Notes under the pieces: model-generated
Told to the model about the DNA's origin: nothing
What the model saw: only the letters and a program-made list of their open reading frames with translations
Database searches by the model: none
Made by a program: the position numbers and the translations under genes
Shown here: positions 1 to 13,400 of the stretch, piece after piece
How positions within the stretch are numbered: position 1 is the stretch's first letter
Layout of the letters: each line of letters opens with the position of its first letter
Assembly (NCBI RefSeq): GCF_006345805.1
Contig: NC_043015.1
Location: 14,012,001-14,076,000 of the forward strand
Source of the DNA: Octopus sinensis
Taxonomy: Eukaryota
Reading direction: 5' to 3'
Length of the DNA stretch: 64,000 nucleotides

Positions 1-313
1 TCCTTGCAGATGGCTTGAGTTTTGGCATCACTGCACCCATTGCTTTTCATGTGAACAAAACAGGACGTTTATGCCTGTGAACGGTTTACAGTCCTTTTCA
101 GGGCCACTTTACATTCAATTGTTGCACCCCCTGATATGTTCTTGTGGCTTCTCCAGGGCTTTTCATCATGTTGTTACTACTTTATTTATGGTCTATGGGG
201 AAAATCACTTCTTCTTCAATGTCAATGTTTGCAACTTAATGTAAAATAATATTCAAAGATATGTATAACGAAAAAAATGGTAGAACCTATTAAGACCATT
301 GTCGAGTATTTAA

Positions 314-344
314 TACCCGAGCAACGCCGGGTACTCCTGTTAGT
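314..344 (+). mobile_element. Helitron-like 3' terminus
   Basis: TACCCG-agcaacgc-CGGGTA hairpin followed 6 nt later by TTAG|T, a variant of the CTAG|T end; the 5' end was not located. Confidence 0.5.
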
Positions 345-566
345 GTATAATAAATCTGTCCCATTTATACTCACTCTTTTCATCTGTGCATCTTGTTGTC
401 TCTTAAGCCTGACATTAATATATATGTACGTACGTTTCGTATGTGTGTATATGTATGTGTGAGAGAGAAAATGGGGTTATACTATATGCATGTGGGAATA
501 CATATGTATATACTTATATATCCATATATTGCTATGTACGCATGCATATTAGATACACACACGCTC

Positions 567-651
567 ATATATATATATATATATATATACATACATACAT
601 ACATACATACATACATACATACATACATACATACATACATACATACATACA

Positions 652-682
<31 letters not shown>

Positions 683-780
683 CATACATACATACATACA
701 TACATACATACATACATACATACATACATTCATACATACATACATACATACATACATACTACACACACACATACACACAC
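567..780. repeat. compound (AT)n/(ACAT)n/(AC)n microsatellite
   Basis: direct inspection. Confidence 0.98.
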
Positions 781-1099
781 AATCACATGTAGTAAACAAG
801 CAAACAGGTATCAAATTTCTGAGCCAGGATTCGAAACTGAATCCACATTTTGCCACTTGTCATCGTTCTGTTGTTCTAGCCTGTTGCAATAAGAAATTTA
901 TAAGAATAAGCTGACCTCTTGATCTTTCACGAGTTATACATTTCAGAAGAACACGTCTACCAGTAGTCGTAGCATGCTCGAAACTGCTCTGCTGTGTATG
1001 AGTGAGTCGGGATTGTGAGTCTAAGAATACCCAGGTCCGGACTTGTCAGTAAGTCATTGACATGTTACTGTGTCCATGTGTTTGTACTAAGCGATTCGT

Positions 1100-1605
1100 T
1101 TGCACAAACTGAACAATGAACAATTTGGAAGAGAAAAATAACTGTGCGAAATTTTATTTCGAATCAGATTAATCTTTTGCTGGAATTTTATGTAATATTG
1201 GAACAGATCTATGAAAAATATTTATTAAGCAGTACGCAATGTCAGGAGTGGTATCAATCTTTCAAAACGTGAAAAGAATCCAACGAAGGCTCGAATCTGG
1301 ATGACCTTTTTATGATGAAGGACTACGGTCGCATTTATGAAATTATGTACCGTGATCCGTGAAAATCGCCGCCTGACTGCACCTAAAGTTCCTGAAAGAC
1401 TAGGCGTTTGCAATAGTTCGTGTCACAAAATTTTGAAAGGAATATTCAAGCTGGATCTACTTACTGTAAAATTTACATCACGTCTGCCGACAGATGGCAG
1501 AGGCCGCTACCAGAATCACAGTCAGTCAAAAACTGTTTGATTGTTCGAATCTTGATGAAAACTTTCTGGAAAGTGTCAAAGCAGGTGATGAAACGTGGGT
1601 ATATG
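1100..1605 (+). mobile_element. decayed mariner transposase, N-terminal part
   Basis: translates to VIRENRRLTAPKVPERLGVCNSSCHKIL (second HTH) and FLESVKAGDETWVY (TGDETW first catalytic Asp motif); frameshifted. Confidence 0.85.
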
Positions 1606-1627
1606 TCTTGTCTTTCATCTTGTACAT

Positions 1628-2143
1628 CAGGGGTGGGAAAACTTTTTAGTGTTGCGGACAAAAATTTCCCAAGAAAAAGTCTGCGGACGGATCACAGGTT
1701 CTAACTCTTATATCTGTGTAAATCTTGTATATATCTATATATAATTTGATATACATTAATAAAGATAAGTTTAACAGATTAAATTAACATGCAATCATCT
1801 TCATTTAGACCGCCACTGAATTTAGGACGTTTATACTTATGAGGTATTCTATTTTTTTCCCTTAAAGTGTAGTTGGGTCTCAAGGAGGTGGTATAAACTT
1901 AGCACTATGTGTTTTATAGTGAAAACAAAATTTTCATTCAAATGGCAATTACCGGACGATTTCTGACCATTTTAAGTCGTAGTGGAAACGCGACCTATGT
2001 CGCAAATAGGTATACGAATATTGTATAAATTTTGATTGGAAAATTTAATATATTTTGTACATATGAGTATATCAGCCTGCGAGCACAATAAAACGGGACT
2101 GCGGGCGCAATTGCACCTGCGCGCGAGGGTTTCCCCACCCCTG
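1628..2143. mobile_element. non-autonomous hAT element (MITE)
   Basis: 15-bp TIRs CAGGGGTGGGAAAAC / GTTTCCCCACCCCTG; perfect 8-bp TSD TTGTACAT at 1620-1627 and 2144-2151; inserted in a SINE tail. Confidence 0.92.
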
Positions 2144-2375
2144 TTGTACATGTTTCAGTCATTGGATTGCTGTCATGCTGGAATACTGTCTCGAAGGATC
2201 TAGCTGAATAAATTGACCCCAGTACTTTCTTTTTTTTTTTTAGTCTGGAGCATTATTCTGTCGGTTATTTTGCCGGATCGTTAAATTAAGGGAGAGGTAA
2301 ACAAATAACGGTTCTCAAGCGGTGGGGAGTGGACAAATACAAAGAAACACACATATAGGTACTCTCTCTTTCTCT

Positions 2376-2768
2376 TTACTCTTTTACTTGTTTCAGTCAT
2401 TTGATTGTGGCCATGCTGGAGCACCGCCCTTTTTAGTCGAGCATATCGACTCCAGGACTCATTATTTGTAAGCCTAGTACTTATTCTATCGATCTCTTTT
2501 GCTGAACCGCTAAGTTACGGGGACGTAAACACACCAGCATCGGTTGTCAAACACAGGTCAAACACAGACACACAGATATATACACACATACATACACACA
2601 TATATACACATATACGACGAGCTTCTTTCAGTTTCCGTCTACTAAATCCACTCACAAGGATTTGGTCGGCCCGACGCTATAGTAGAAGAAACTTGCCCTA
2701 GGTGCCACGCAGTGGGACTGCACTTGGAACCATGTGGTTCGTAAGCAAGCTACTTACCACACAGCCAC
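2376..2768 (-). mobile_element. tRNA-derived SINE family A (CORE-like)
   Basis: head with A box TGGCTGTGTGG and a B-box-like segment, CORE-like GGGCAAGT segment, tail TGACTGAAACAAGTAAAAGAG; more than 15 copies in the window. Confidence 0.9.
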
Positions 2769-2871
2769 ATATACACAAACACAAGCACACACAGACAAAC
2801 ACACATTAACCTGTCGTATGTGTGTATATCTTTGTATTTGTGGTTGTCACACATACACAGACACACACACA

Positions 2872-2912
<41 letters not shown>

Positions 2913-3119
2913 ACAACAGCTGATGGTTCGTTTACGCCCCTGTGAATTAGCAAGCGCGGCAAAGTGGCCGATACGAGTAAGTGCAAGTTCAGTAGCGTGG
3001 TCGATTTAATCGGGTATCGCCATATCTCAAATTTGAGGTCATGTACCTAAGTTAGGAACCAAATCTTCTTTTCTTTTGCTTTATCCCATTCATTTAATGG
3101 GATTTAGTTTTCAAGATAA

Positions 3120-3720
3120 GGAGTGGCGGCATGTCATCGTCAGGGGAACGGATCAGATGGAAAATACCTGACGTCAAGAGGCAGAGGTCAGACGTCGAAG
3201 ATGCACTGAGCGACTCACACTTCCTCGTCCCCTGCCAACCCTCCCCTGTGATAAATGTCCCCGGCTCTTCTATATCTCCCTTAGCCTGAACAGCCACCCC
3301 AGACACCGATACTCTTGACACCCATCAGGATGAAGAAGCACAAATCACTGGTTACAGATTAACTACTCGGATACGTGTTAATGCCGACGACGACGATGAT
3401 GACGAGATAGAGCGGTAGGCAGGTATGTAAGTAGGTAGGTACCTACATATATATATAGAGAGAGGGGGGAGAGAGAGAAAGAGAGAGAGATACCAAATAT
3501 CTAGGACACAATCGCCAAGGACAGCCCAAAGGAGCGGCATGTCATGGTCAAGGAAACGGTCCAGATGGAAAACAACAGACATCAAGAGACAGAGATCGCA
3601 CTTCCTCGTCCCCTGCCAACCTTCCCCCGCGATAGATGCCCTCCGTCACCTCTGTACCACCCTTAGCCTGAACAGCCACAATCACTGGCTACAGATTAAC
3701 TACTCGGATTTGAGTTAATT
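3120..3720. repeat. diverged direct duplication (3120-3380 vs 3530-3720)
   Basis: shared blocks GCGGCATGTCAT, CACTTCCTCGTCCCCTGCCAACC, CCCTTAGCCTGAACAGCCAC and ACAGATTAACTACTCGGAT. Confidence 0.8.
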
Positions 3721-3760
3721 CCAACGACGAGTTTTAGAGATATAATACATACATACATAC

Positions 3761-3787
<27 letters not shown>

Positions 3788-3791
<4 letters not shown>

Positions 3792-4078
3792 ACATAAGGG
3801 GGATCAGCCATCTGAATGTGGCTAGGGACAGGGCGGGGTGGTGGGTGTGTTACTGATGCATTTAGCCCCAGGCGATCATCGACGTCACCAGAAGGGCTGA
3901 CATCATCACGGTGTCCTTGCCAGCCTGCAAAGGGAGATCAGCCTGGCAAGGACACCGTGATGGTGTCAGCCCTTCTGGTGACGTCGATGATCGCCTGGGG
4001 CTAAATGCATCAGTAACACACCCACCACCCCGCCTTGTCCCTAGCCACATTCAGATGGCTGATCCCCCTTATGTTATA
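3788..4078. repeat. near-perfect palindrome (about 138-bp arms, about 11-19-nt loop) next to (TA)n
   Basis: TATAACATAAGGGGGATCAGCC...CCTTGCCAG mirrored by CTGGCAAGG...GGCTGATCCCCCTTATGTTATA with about 2-3 mismatches. Confidence 0.97.
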
Positions 4079-4119
4079 GAGCAGTTACTGTTTATATCTC
4101 GCTCAGAGATTTATTATTG

Positions 4120-4160
<41 letters not shown>

Positions 4161-4163
<3 letters not shown>

Positions 4164-4413
4164 CCTTCGAAACACGCATTGAGTCGAAACAGGGGCAACT
4201 GATGAAGGGGAATATTCCTTGTATTGTTTGTCTTGTACTCTGTTTTTTTTCGTTGTTAAAAAAAGTCAGTTTCCTTGTTTGATTTTGTTTTCGTTTCTCG
4301 TTGTGTTCTAAGTTTATTTGTGATGTCCTGTACTCATATATGCATGTATATATATACATATAGATGTAGGTATGTACATATATGTATGTATGCATATGTT
4401 TTATTTATTAAAT

Positions 4414-4420
<7 letters not shown>
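4161..4420 (+). mobile_element. (TA)n-embedded dispersed repeat; longer relative at 20520-21130
   Basis: GAAACACG...ACTGA(T/A)GAAGGGG...TCCTGTAC...TATGCATGTATATATACAT.TAGATGTAGG shared with 20870-21125; flanked by (TA)n on both sides. Confidence 0.75.
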
Positions 4421-4445
<25 letters not shown>

Positions 4446-5444
4446 AGTGATGAGACGTGTGTGCTCGCGCGAGCGTTGCATTGTCGACGGGACTCAAACT
4501 CAGATCGTGAAGAACCGAAACCCACACCGTAAGCCATTTTGTCCGCCGCTAAAATGTATTCAGTCCCTCGCTGATCTAAATAACCTGTTAACAGCAAAAG
4601 AGCATTAAAGAGGTCAACTCAAGTCAAGTCAAGTAATTCTGAAGGTAATTCAAACTAATGACTAATTGAAAACTCACGTGCTCATAAAAATAGTTCAAAC
4701 AAGAGTGCAGTTTTATAGGAAATGGTCGTAAATAGCAGTTACACCTCTAAAATCACATCCTGGTGTTTGTTTATCTATTTTTTTTAAATAGGAAGTCGTT
4801 GTTTTAATATAGTTCGAGATTATCTGAAAAGTTTGGATGGGCACGGTTACAGGATCTTTGATTTCGACTCAAGCTGAACGATAACAACAACAACAGCAAC
4901 AGCGACAGGGATAAAACTAAATACTAGACGGCGTTTAGTTCGGTGCTTTCCACTTTCTATTGATTTAACATCGTCGTCTCATTTTAAAGCCCAGTTTAAA
5001 GTTTCCTAGGTATCCCCTATTTCAAACTACCTCTCGGTAATTTGGACACGATTCCATAGTACCCATTCGGTGGTGGAGCACCCACTCAATGCCGCCCTAG
5101 GCAGCCGGTGAGTTTGCTTCCCTCCCGCTCCAGGATCTCGCCCCCTATACAGGCTTATTTAGCAAACCCAAAAGATGAAGCAAGGTCGATCTGAAATCGT
5201 TATACGGAGACTCTATCGTATTTGTTAATCCACTGTCCTCTTATTTAGTTAGACGGTTCTCGGGTTTTTTTTTTTTTTGGTTTTTTTGTCTTAATTTACT
5301 GCTCTCTTATCTATGCAAGCCAATAATTAATGCATAAACCCTTATTTATTCATTCATACAAGGACCCGTTTTGTCCGATATGATTACGATTCTGTTAGCT
5401 TACCGCCTTATTTTTGCCAACATATTAACAATGGAGATATATAT

Positions 5445-5592
5445 ATTTCTTTATTGCCCACAAGGGGCTAAGCATAGAGGGGACAAACAAGGACAGACAA
5501 AGGGATTAAGTCGATTACATCGACCCCAGTGCGAAACTGGTACTTTTATTTATCGACCCCGAAAGGATGAAAGGCAAAGTCGACCTCGGCGA
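5445..5592 (-). mobile_element. SINE family B, 5'-truncated
   Basis: TATCGACCCCGAAAGGATGAAAGGCAAAGTCGACC core (Nin/Deu-like domain, reverse complement). Confidence 0.85.
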
Positions 5593-6130
5593 GGTAAAAA
5601 ATTTAAGCTGATGCTTGATATAAACATCTACTTATTCTTACCTAAAAACACGAGTACACAATCATCTTATCACGAACGAAGTTGTTTATTTGCAGGCTTT
5701 GTTTACTTACGGGCATAATTCTAAAATAGTTGAAAATGCATATTCAGTTAAATAACATGTGAATTTATTACACGTTATCAACTTTTATTCTCCTTAGTAA
5801 CCTCATCTCACTTTCATGTGATCTTCCGTGCCCTACATATTATATCACCCACTGGGTTGGTTACGTGACTAACAGCATAAAACAATGAAATGATGGACAC
5901 TGAGAAAATACCTTTCAAAATACATTTCAACGATGTTCTAAGATTAAATTAACAAACAAAGCACATCTTATATGAATAGGAGTACAATACTTTTTTTTTT
6001 TTTTTATCAGAATATCAATATCAAGCATAGAAAAAAGGCCCGAATAAAAAAAAATAATAATTAGAAAGTGGAAATTAAGTAGCATGTTTTTCCATGGGCG
6101 TATATTTCTTATTTATGTCCATAAACTCTT

Positions 6131-6548
6131 GTTTTTTATTTCTTTATTGCCCACAAGGGGCTAAACATAGAGAGGACAAACAAGGACAGACAAACGGATT
6201 AAGTCGATTATATCGACCCTAGTGCGTAACTGGTACTTAATTTATCGGTCCCGAAAGGATGAAAGGCAAAGTGGACCTCGGCGGAATTTGAACTCAGAAC
6301 GTAGCGGCAGACGACGTACCTATTTCTTTACTACCCACAAGGGGCTTAACACAGAGAGGACAAACAAGGACAGACAAACGGATTACGTCGATTATATCGA
6401 CCCCAGTGCATAACTGGTACTTATTTAATCGACCCCGAAAGGATGAAAGGCAAAGTCGACCTCGGCGAAATTTGAACTCAGAACGTAGCGGCAGACGAAA
6501 TACTGCTAAGCATTTCGCCCGGCGTGCTGACGTTTCTACCAGCTCGCC
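6131..6548 (-). mobile_element. dimeric SINE family B
   Basis: two tandem bodies flanked together by TSD GTCCATAAACTCTT (6117-6130, 6549-6562). Confidence 0.9.
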
Positions 6549-8054
6549 GTCCATAAACTCTTCTTTTTGTAGTTTGTTTTCTTTTGACTGAACACTTTTT
6601 GTGAAGAGAAGTGTCATAAACGATCGAATCAATCTTGACATATAATTGGTGTAGGTTTGTTTAAAATTCGGTGTAATATAAGTTAACTTCATCCTTAATA
6701 GGATTTAAACGCAGATCAAATACTTCAGCTCTAATGAATTTGCCAACTTTAGAATACATTAAAGTACGAATTTAGTATGACTTTAAACTGCAGCCGGTAA
6801 TGGGATCCTGGTTCAGGTGTTGCAGGGTTTTGAGGAGTGCAGAACTACCGCTTAATCACTATTGCTTCTCGGTCCAAGCTATGGATTAAACAGCATGAAG
6901 CCATCCGAGCCAAGGTACGTTGGAATCATAGGACGCAGCATGGTAGACGTGAACTATTTCTGCAGACGAGCTTACTGAGTCAATGACGAATGTCATACCA
7001 CGAGATGCTGATTGGATGAACAGACAACTGTTAATGGCTAGGATCAGCCAGTTCAGTTAGCTAACTGCTGCCTTCATCCATAACCATGGCGTGCGTAGAT
7101 GAGATATTTCAGCTCAAGCCAAACATTCATGCTTCGTGGCGTCTGGTGTAGAACCACAATGGCCCGGGCAAGTCGCTTAACCTGGATGGAATAAATTAAT
7201 AAAATTATTTCCTGAACTTTTCATGATAGTTGGGACCCCACTAAGGTTTTTTTGTTTTTTTGCTTTTGTAGTATGCTAATTACAGCTCTGCTTATAGAGG
7301 CTCAAATTAGCGATTTGGAGAACTCTAATTTAACATCTTTAAAAAGGATCAATCTTGTAGGAGCGTAGTTTATTCTCTTATAGGGAACCCTAGGTTATTT
7401 CCTTAGAATGGCTCGAGTTATTATCTTTTGAATTTACTTTATATGATCAGAAATAAGAGGTACAGAAAACTGACGCAATAAGAAATCAAAACATTGTTGA
7501 GACTTCCGTCTGCAGAACCAGAACATATCACAGTTTCTATGGCATTAAGTAGAAAGACAAATTCCTGGTTGAACTGATCGTTGCAAGCCAATAAATCACA
7601 TGTCACACAGTGGTATCTAACTCAGGGCTATGTTAATTCGTTTGTTGTTAAGTTTTGGTTGTGTATCCAATGTATAAGCAAGTAACTGGACACAAATCGT
7701 CAATCTCGCGGTTTATTGGCCAATACTTCTAATACTTCGTTCTCATCTTCACTACCCTTCTATAATGTTGATTTCTAGCCAACGAGGAGAAGCATTATGC
7801 CGGTCACTGGAGTTGCTAGAAATAGAGCTAACTTTCCCTCTCATCACACTCGACTATTTTTTAAAATGAGGAATTACATTAGATGATGTTGTTCTGGATA
7901 TATCAAAAGACGAGATGGTCGAAAGTGGAACGTTGTTGATCGTAGGACTAATTGATTAGGTCTATTACGGCTATACAATAGTAATAATACTGATTTCTCT
8001 TCAAGGTATATCAAAATTTTATTAAAAAAAAGGAATTAATAGCAACATAATCAG

Positions 8055-8083
<29 letters not shown>

Positions 8084-8085
<2 letters not shown>

Positions 8086-8334
8086 TTCCGAGTTCAGTCC
8101 CACTACGTGGCACCTTAGGCATGTATCTTCTATTATAGCATCGGGCCAACGAAATCCTTGTGAGTAGATTTAGTAGACGAAAACTGAAAGAAACCCGTCG
8201 TATATATGTGTGTGTGTGTACTGGGCTTACAAAGAATAAGTCCTGGAGTCGATTTCTTCGACTAACACCCTCTAAGGTAATGCTCTAGCATGGCCACAAT
8301 CAAATGACTGAAATAAGTAAAAGAATAAAAGAAT
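8084..8334 (+). mobile_element. SINE family A, internally deleted
   Basis: GGTTCCGAGTTCAGTCCCACT head remnant, core and tail. Confidence 0.85.
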
Positions 8335-8689
8335 GTAAAAGTTTAAAATGTATAATAAAAATAAATCCTGCAGGCGAGAAATGAGACTGTATCATTTTCA
8401 TTCCATTCTTAAAGACACTGGCTATGCCAATGAATAATGTAAATAAAATACATTTCAGTCGTTTAGCTCTTGGCTATCTTGGCACTACTTTGAGAATGTA
8501 AAGACTTAACTCACTAGGAGAATACTTCTACTCTACAGTGTTCGGGATTTCACACACACATACACGTACATATTCACCCATGTGTATATATTTAGATTTA
8601 GATATATGTATGCACACACGCTCACACACCCTTGGTTACCAACTGAAATCATACAACAATATCTGTTCTTTTAAAAGTAAGATATTTGG

Positions 8690-9500
8690 TGGTTGAACTG
8701 TCTTGTTTAGGACCCTCAGTTTCTATTGTTAATAGTGCATGTATATGTATTGGTGAAGACCTTAGCAATGTCAGTAATCGTGGCTACATCTCCACACAGC
8801 TGTTACCAGCCTATATCATCAGCAGTGAAACCCTCTATGTCTTTGTCACTGATCTGACACTTACTCAAAGAGCAAATGTTCCTTAGAGTGCTTTTACAGC
8901 CCTCATCTGCGCACCCTCCATGGTGTAGTTGGCAGTATATCACTCAGCTATGCAGCCGACATAAGAGCATCTTTATCACCTTTGCCACCCACTGGTGCCG
9001 GTACTGATTAATCAAAGCCTCCGTACTTTTGCAGGTGGCATCATACCTCCACGATGCACAGGAGGTATGATTTAATGTTACAGCTACAGAGAAGACAGCT
9101 TGGCATACGGTTACCTTTATGGAGAAATGAATGCATTGATCTGAAAGACTGCGTTGAAATCTTCCCCAGCCATTGCCTGTCTAATAGGCCTGGGTATCGT
9201 TGTTAAAGCTATCCTTGATATTTGAAAGAATGCACTTCAGATAGTGAAGAGGGGTAAAAATAGTAGCATGCGGGAATTGGAAACCAATTCTGTTTTGGTG
9301 GTGTCAATAGTCATTCCTATCATGCTGTACGTTGTTATTGTCACTACAAGGACAATCCAAAGATCCTCTTGGGTATAGGTCATAAGAGTTTAGTCATCTC
9401 TATACTGTGTATCACTCAGCTCTCCTTTCTACAAAGTTTCGTGTTAGTTTAGATCCTTCTGATGTCAAAGAGTTGTCATCTAGTCTGAAACCCTACATAG
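8690..9500 (-). mobile_element. highly decayed RTE-clade LINE reverse transcriptase/C-terminal fragment
   Basis: minus strand reads ELSDTQYRDD*TLMTYTQEDL...IGMTIDTTKTEL, resembling RTE LQYADDCALVAHSEEDLQ...GL.IN..KTEV. Confidence 0.6.
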
Positions 9501-10519
9501 TTGTTTTCCTTAGTCTCGTTGTAGAGTAGTTTGATTAGGCAGGAGGAATATGGTGAAGGGGCTTTTTTTGTGTGTGTATTTAACCCTTAGACGTTATTAT
9601 TCGTAGTTTTATCTACTTAGCGTCCACCGTTAATAATGACTTATTTCACATCTTTCGGGGTTTCTGAATTCTTATGATGTAAACAATATATAATTCTCGC
9701 TGGTAAGAACAAAGCTTCTAAAATGGACGCAGAATTCGAAAGGTAGAATGTTTATGTAAGATGTGGGTTCGAACCCTATGGTCAACCTGCAGCTTTTTCC
9801 ATCCAAGGGCATTTTTTAACACAATATTTACATCCTATTATTTTTAGCTTTATCTTCTGCACGGTCCAACGTTAAAAACAGTGTGTGTGTGTGTCTGACG
9901 TTCTTTTATCTTAAAATTAACATCAGAATGCTCTATTGTTTCGCCATCCCTCTGATTCTTACTAACAACAACAGAAGCACTAATGACGAGAATAGAAAAG
10001 CAAAACAAAAATAGAAATTGTTATTTAGTTGTGATGACGATATCTGGGCAGCAATAGCTTCCACTGAAACAACAGCAACATCAATAACAATCAAAACAAC
10101 TGTATAATCATAATCAGAGTTACAGACACAACAACAGTAAAAATACATATAAGTAGAAATAAGAACAGTAAGAGCTACATTAACAATGATATTGTTTCAA
10201 CAGACGCAAGCGTATCTGGCAGTTTGAAAAGAGGACTCGTCTTCTGCAAGTCAATAATCACATATAGGAAGAGGGAACGTGACATATTTGAAAATAAATA
10301 CTCACTTTGGTCAAGGATGGGTGATGGGGTGCTCGCCAAATATCTTGGGTATGCTATCGCTGTACAGATTGCTTTGGGTACTTCGGTAAAATAGTGAAAA
10401 TATCCGATTGAACAGAAATGAATAATAGCAAAATACTTTTGGTGGAAGGAAGATTTTTCTTTGCATTTAGTTCTTTATCCACGAGCTAAATGTGCGTGTA
10501 CGTGTGTGCATAGACACAC

Positions 10520-10672
10520 ACACCTGTATGTATGTGTGTATGTATGTATGTATGTATGTATGTATGTATGTATGTATGTATGTATGTATGTATGCATGTG
10601 TGTGTATGTATTTATGTATGTATGTATGTATGTATGTATGTATGTATGCATGTATGTATGTATGTATGTATA
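10520..10672. repeat. (ATGT)n microsatellite
   Basis: direct inspection. Confidence 0.97.
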
Positions 10673-10874
10673 CTTTTACTATGTTACAAACGTTGTTTGC
10701 CAAATCTTTGTATCATAAAATGAAGAAAGATCAGAAATTAGCTATATGTTTAAGAAGTTCACTTCACAACTATGTGATTCTAGATTTGCCCCACCCACTC
10801 CAATATACACACTGCTCACCACTTTGAGGACTATGTATGTTTAATAAAAAGTAACTTATTTACATAAGTTTTAA

Positions 10875-11671
10875 GATCATCTCCTTCGGTGCATTACGCA
10901 GCAATACACCGGCCCCAGAGTTCCTGCCGCTTTTGGAATCAGGCCTGGAAGTCGTTTTCCGTAAGTGAGTCGAGTACCGTCTGCGATTCGCTCTTGATCT
11001 CGACAATGATGTTAAAACGACGACCTTTGAGCTGTATTTTTATCTTAGGATGAAAATCACAAGGCTTTTCGTTAGACGCTCTAAAGGAAAGAGATGGAGG
11101 TCCGCAGGCGTTAAATATGGTGAATAGCGTGGGTGAGGAAGCGATACCATATTGCTTTTTGGAGAGAAACTTACGAGTGAGGAGAGCTCGGTGACAGGGT
11201 GCATTAACGTCGTCAAGAATCCAGTTCTTCTCGATTGACAGTCTGGCTCTGGGACCCGAATTCACGATGCACAATACCACACGAGATTGACGCTCGTGGC
11301 AGGTCTTCCAGATCGCACATTGTCTTCCAGGGATGCTCATCCGTTTTTGAAGCATCCTTGCCACTCGAAACATTGCATACGACCAATTGCCCCATCACTA
11401 TAAGCTTACCAAAGCCTGCTCAATGTATCTTTAGCAGACTTCTTAAGTTTAACGCAAAATTTCACGTTGGCTCTTTGTTCGCAGACTACAGCATACTATA
11501 CACGTGACCACAAAACCACAAATTTCACAACTTGCAAAGTAAACACAGCGATGTCACTCGGTACACAACGTCATAAAGGTCGCTGCTAGTTCTCATTGCG
11601 CACACACCCGGGTACTGCCATCAGTTGGCGCGCTACAGAACTAATCCCGGAATTTTTTGATACCACCTCAT
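10875..11671 (-). mobile_element. internally deleted mariner element
   Basis: WILDDVNAPCH (HHDNAPAH), PCDF.PKIKIQLKGRRF, FQKRQELWGRCI..EGD; 5' TIR-like TATGAGGTGGTATCAAAAAATTCCGG at about 11645-11671. Confidence 0.88.
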
Positions 11672-11720
11672 ATGTGTGTGTGTAGGGATGTGTATGTGTT
11701 GGTGTGTATGTGTAGATGTA

Positions 11721-11753
<33 letters not shown>

Positions 11754-12140
11754 TACTCTTTTACTTGTTTCAGTCATGTGACTGTGGCCATGCTGGTGCA
11801 CCGCCTTTAGTCGACCAAATCGACCGCAGGACTTATTCTTTGTAAGCCTAGTACTTATTCTATCGGTCTCTTTTGCCGAACCGCTAAGTTACGGGGACAT
11901 AAACACACCAGCGGTTGTCAAGCGATCTTGGGTGGGGGCACAAACACAGACATACAAACATATATATACATATATACGACGAGCTTCTTTCAGTTTCCGT
12001 CTACCAAATCCACTCACAAGGTTTTGGTCGGCCCGAGGCTATAGTAGAAGACACTTGCCCAAGTTGCCGCGCAGTGGGACTGAACCCGGAACCATGTGGT
12101 TCGTAAGCAAGCTACTTACCACACAGCTACTCCTACGCCT
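11754..12140 (-). mobile_element. SINE family A, full length
   Basis: complete head, core, (CA) spacer and tail. Confidence 0.92.
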
Positions 12141-12231
12141 GTTGTTTATATCGCATCCTGTTATGTCACATAACTTAGAGGTTTCATAAAACGATATCCA
12201 TAATATAAGCACTAAGCTTGTCCCAACTATA

Positions 12232-12690
12232 CTCGAGGACAACTGCCCTCCTCTCATTCCGCCACACCTGTACAAAGGGACGACTATGCCCCCACCCTCG
12301 TCACACTTGTACAAGGGGACGACCGCTTCCTCCTCACGTTACACCTCATTCCTGTGACAACTGCTCTCCTCCTCTAGTCTTACCTCAACCGGGGAACGAC
12401 TGCGTCCTCCTCTTGTAACACCTGTACTCTTGGGCGACAGCTCTCCCTCTCTCGTCACACTTGTGCCAGTGGGTGACTGCTCCCCTTCTTGTTCAACCTG
12501 AACGGGGTGGGGACGACTGCTTCCCTTTCTCATCACACCTATACAAGGGGATGAGTGCTTTCCTCTCTCATCATATCTGTACTCTGGGACGACTACTCTT
12601 TTCTCTCGTCACATCTCAACCAAGGAACGACTACTCTCCCACTCTCGTCGCACCCGTACCCTGGGACGACTGCTCCCCTCTTTTCATCCC
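12232..12690. repeat. degenerate minisatellite, about 38-39-bp unit, about 12 copies
   Basis: consensus close to GGGACGACTGCTCCCCTCCTCTCGTCACACCTGTAC. Confidence 0.9.
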
Positions 12691-13004
12691 CTATTGTAAC
12701 ACCTCAGGTCCAGTGACTGAAAACAGTAGCAAAACTTTAGAAATACGAGTCACTGTGTGATAATATCGTCAAATTTTAATCCGATTAATGTGATATTATA
12801 TTCACATTTACAACGGTATGTATACTATAAGATCTACGCGGAAATCTGCAAACGCCATAGCAACCATTACCGGTGCTTTTCTTACAAAAGTTCCCCCTTA
12901 ATAGGGATATTATTCCAAGGGACAGTCTTCAGTTTACAACGGATTGGTTCCTCTTCAGGTTGTTTTGAATTTCATGTATGAACAAATTTAATCCGATCTG
13001 TATA

Positions 13005-13400
13005 TAGGCGCAGGCATGAATGTGTGGTTAAGAAACTCGCTTTGCAACCTCGTAGTTTCGGGTTCAGTCCCAATGTGCGGCACTTTGGGCAAATGTCTAC
13101 TACTATAACTCCCAGCCGACCAATGACTTAAGAGTGAATTTGGTAGATGAAAACTGTGCGGAAGCCCATCATATATGTGTGTGTGCGCGCGCGTCTTTGT
13201 TTTTGTCCCACTTACACTGCCTGATAAACGATATTGGTTTGTTTATGTCCCTGTAACCCTAGCGGCTCGGCAAAAGAGAGCGATAGAATAAGTACTAGGC
13301 TTTTAAAAATAAGCACTGAGGTCGATTTGTTCGACTAAACCCCAAGGCGATGCTCCAGCATGTCTGCAGTCCAATATTTGAAAGAAGGAAAATATAAAGC
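13005..13400 (+). mobile_element. SINE family A, diverged
   Basis: AGGCGCAGGC...GGGTTCAGTCCC...TTTGGGCAAATG...GATAGAATAAGTACTAGGC. Confidence 0.88.

Noticed and set aside
10306-10485. Possible minus-strand exon ending at a GTGAGT donor
   Set aside because: No frame is open from the nearest acceptor, and the peptide is not recognisable.
12232-12690. CRISPR-like periodicity
   Set aside because: Units are contiguous and diverged, with no unique spacers and no cas genes, in a eukaryotic context.
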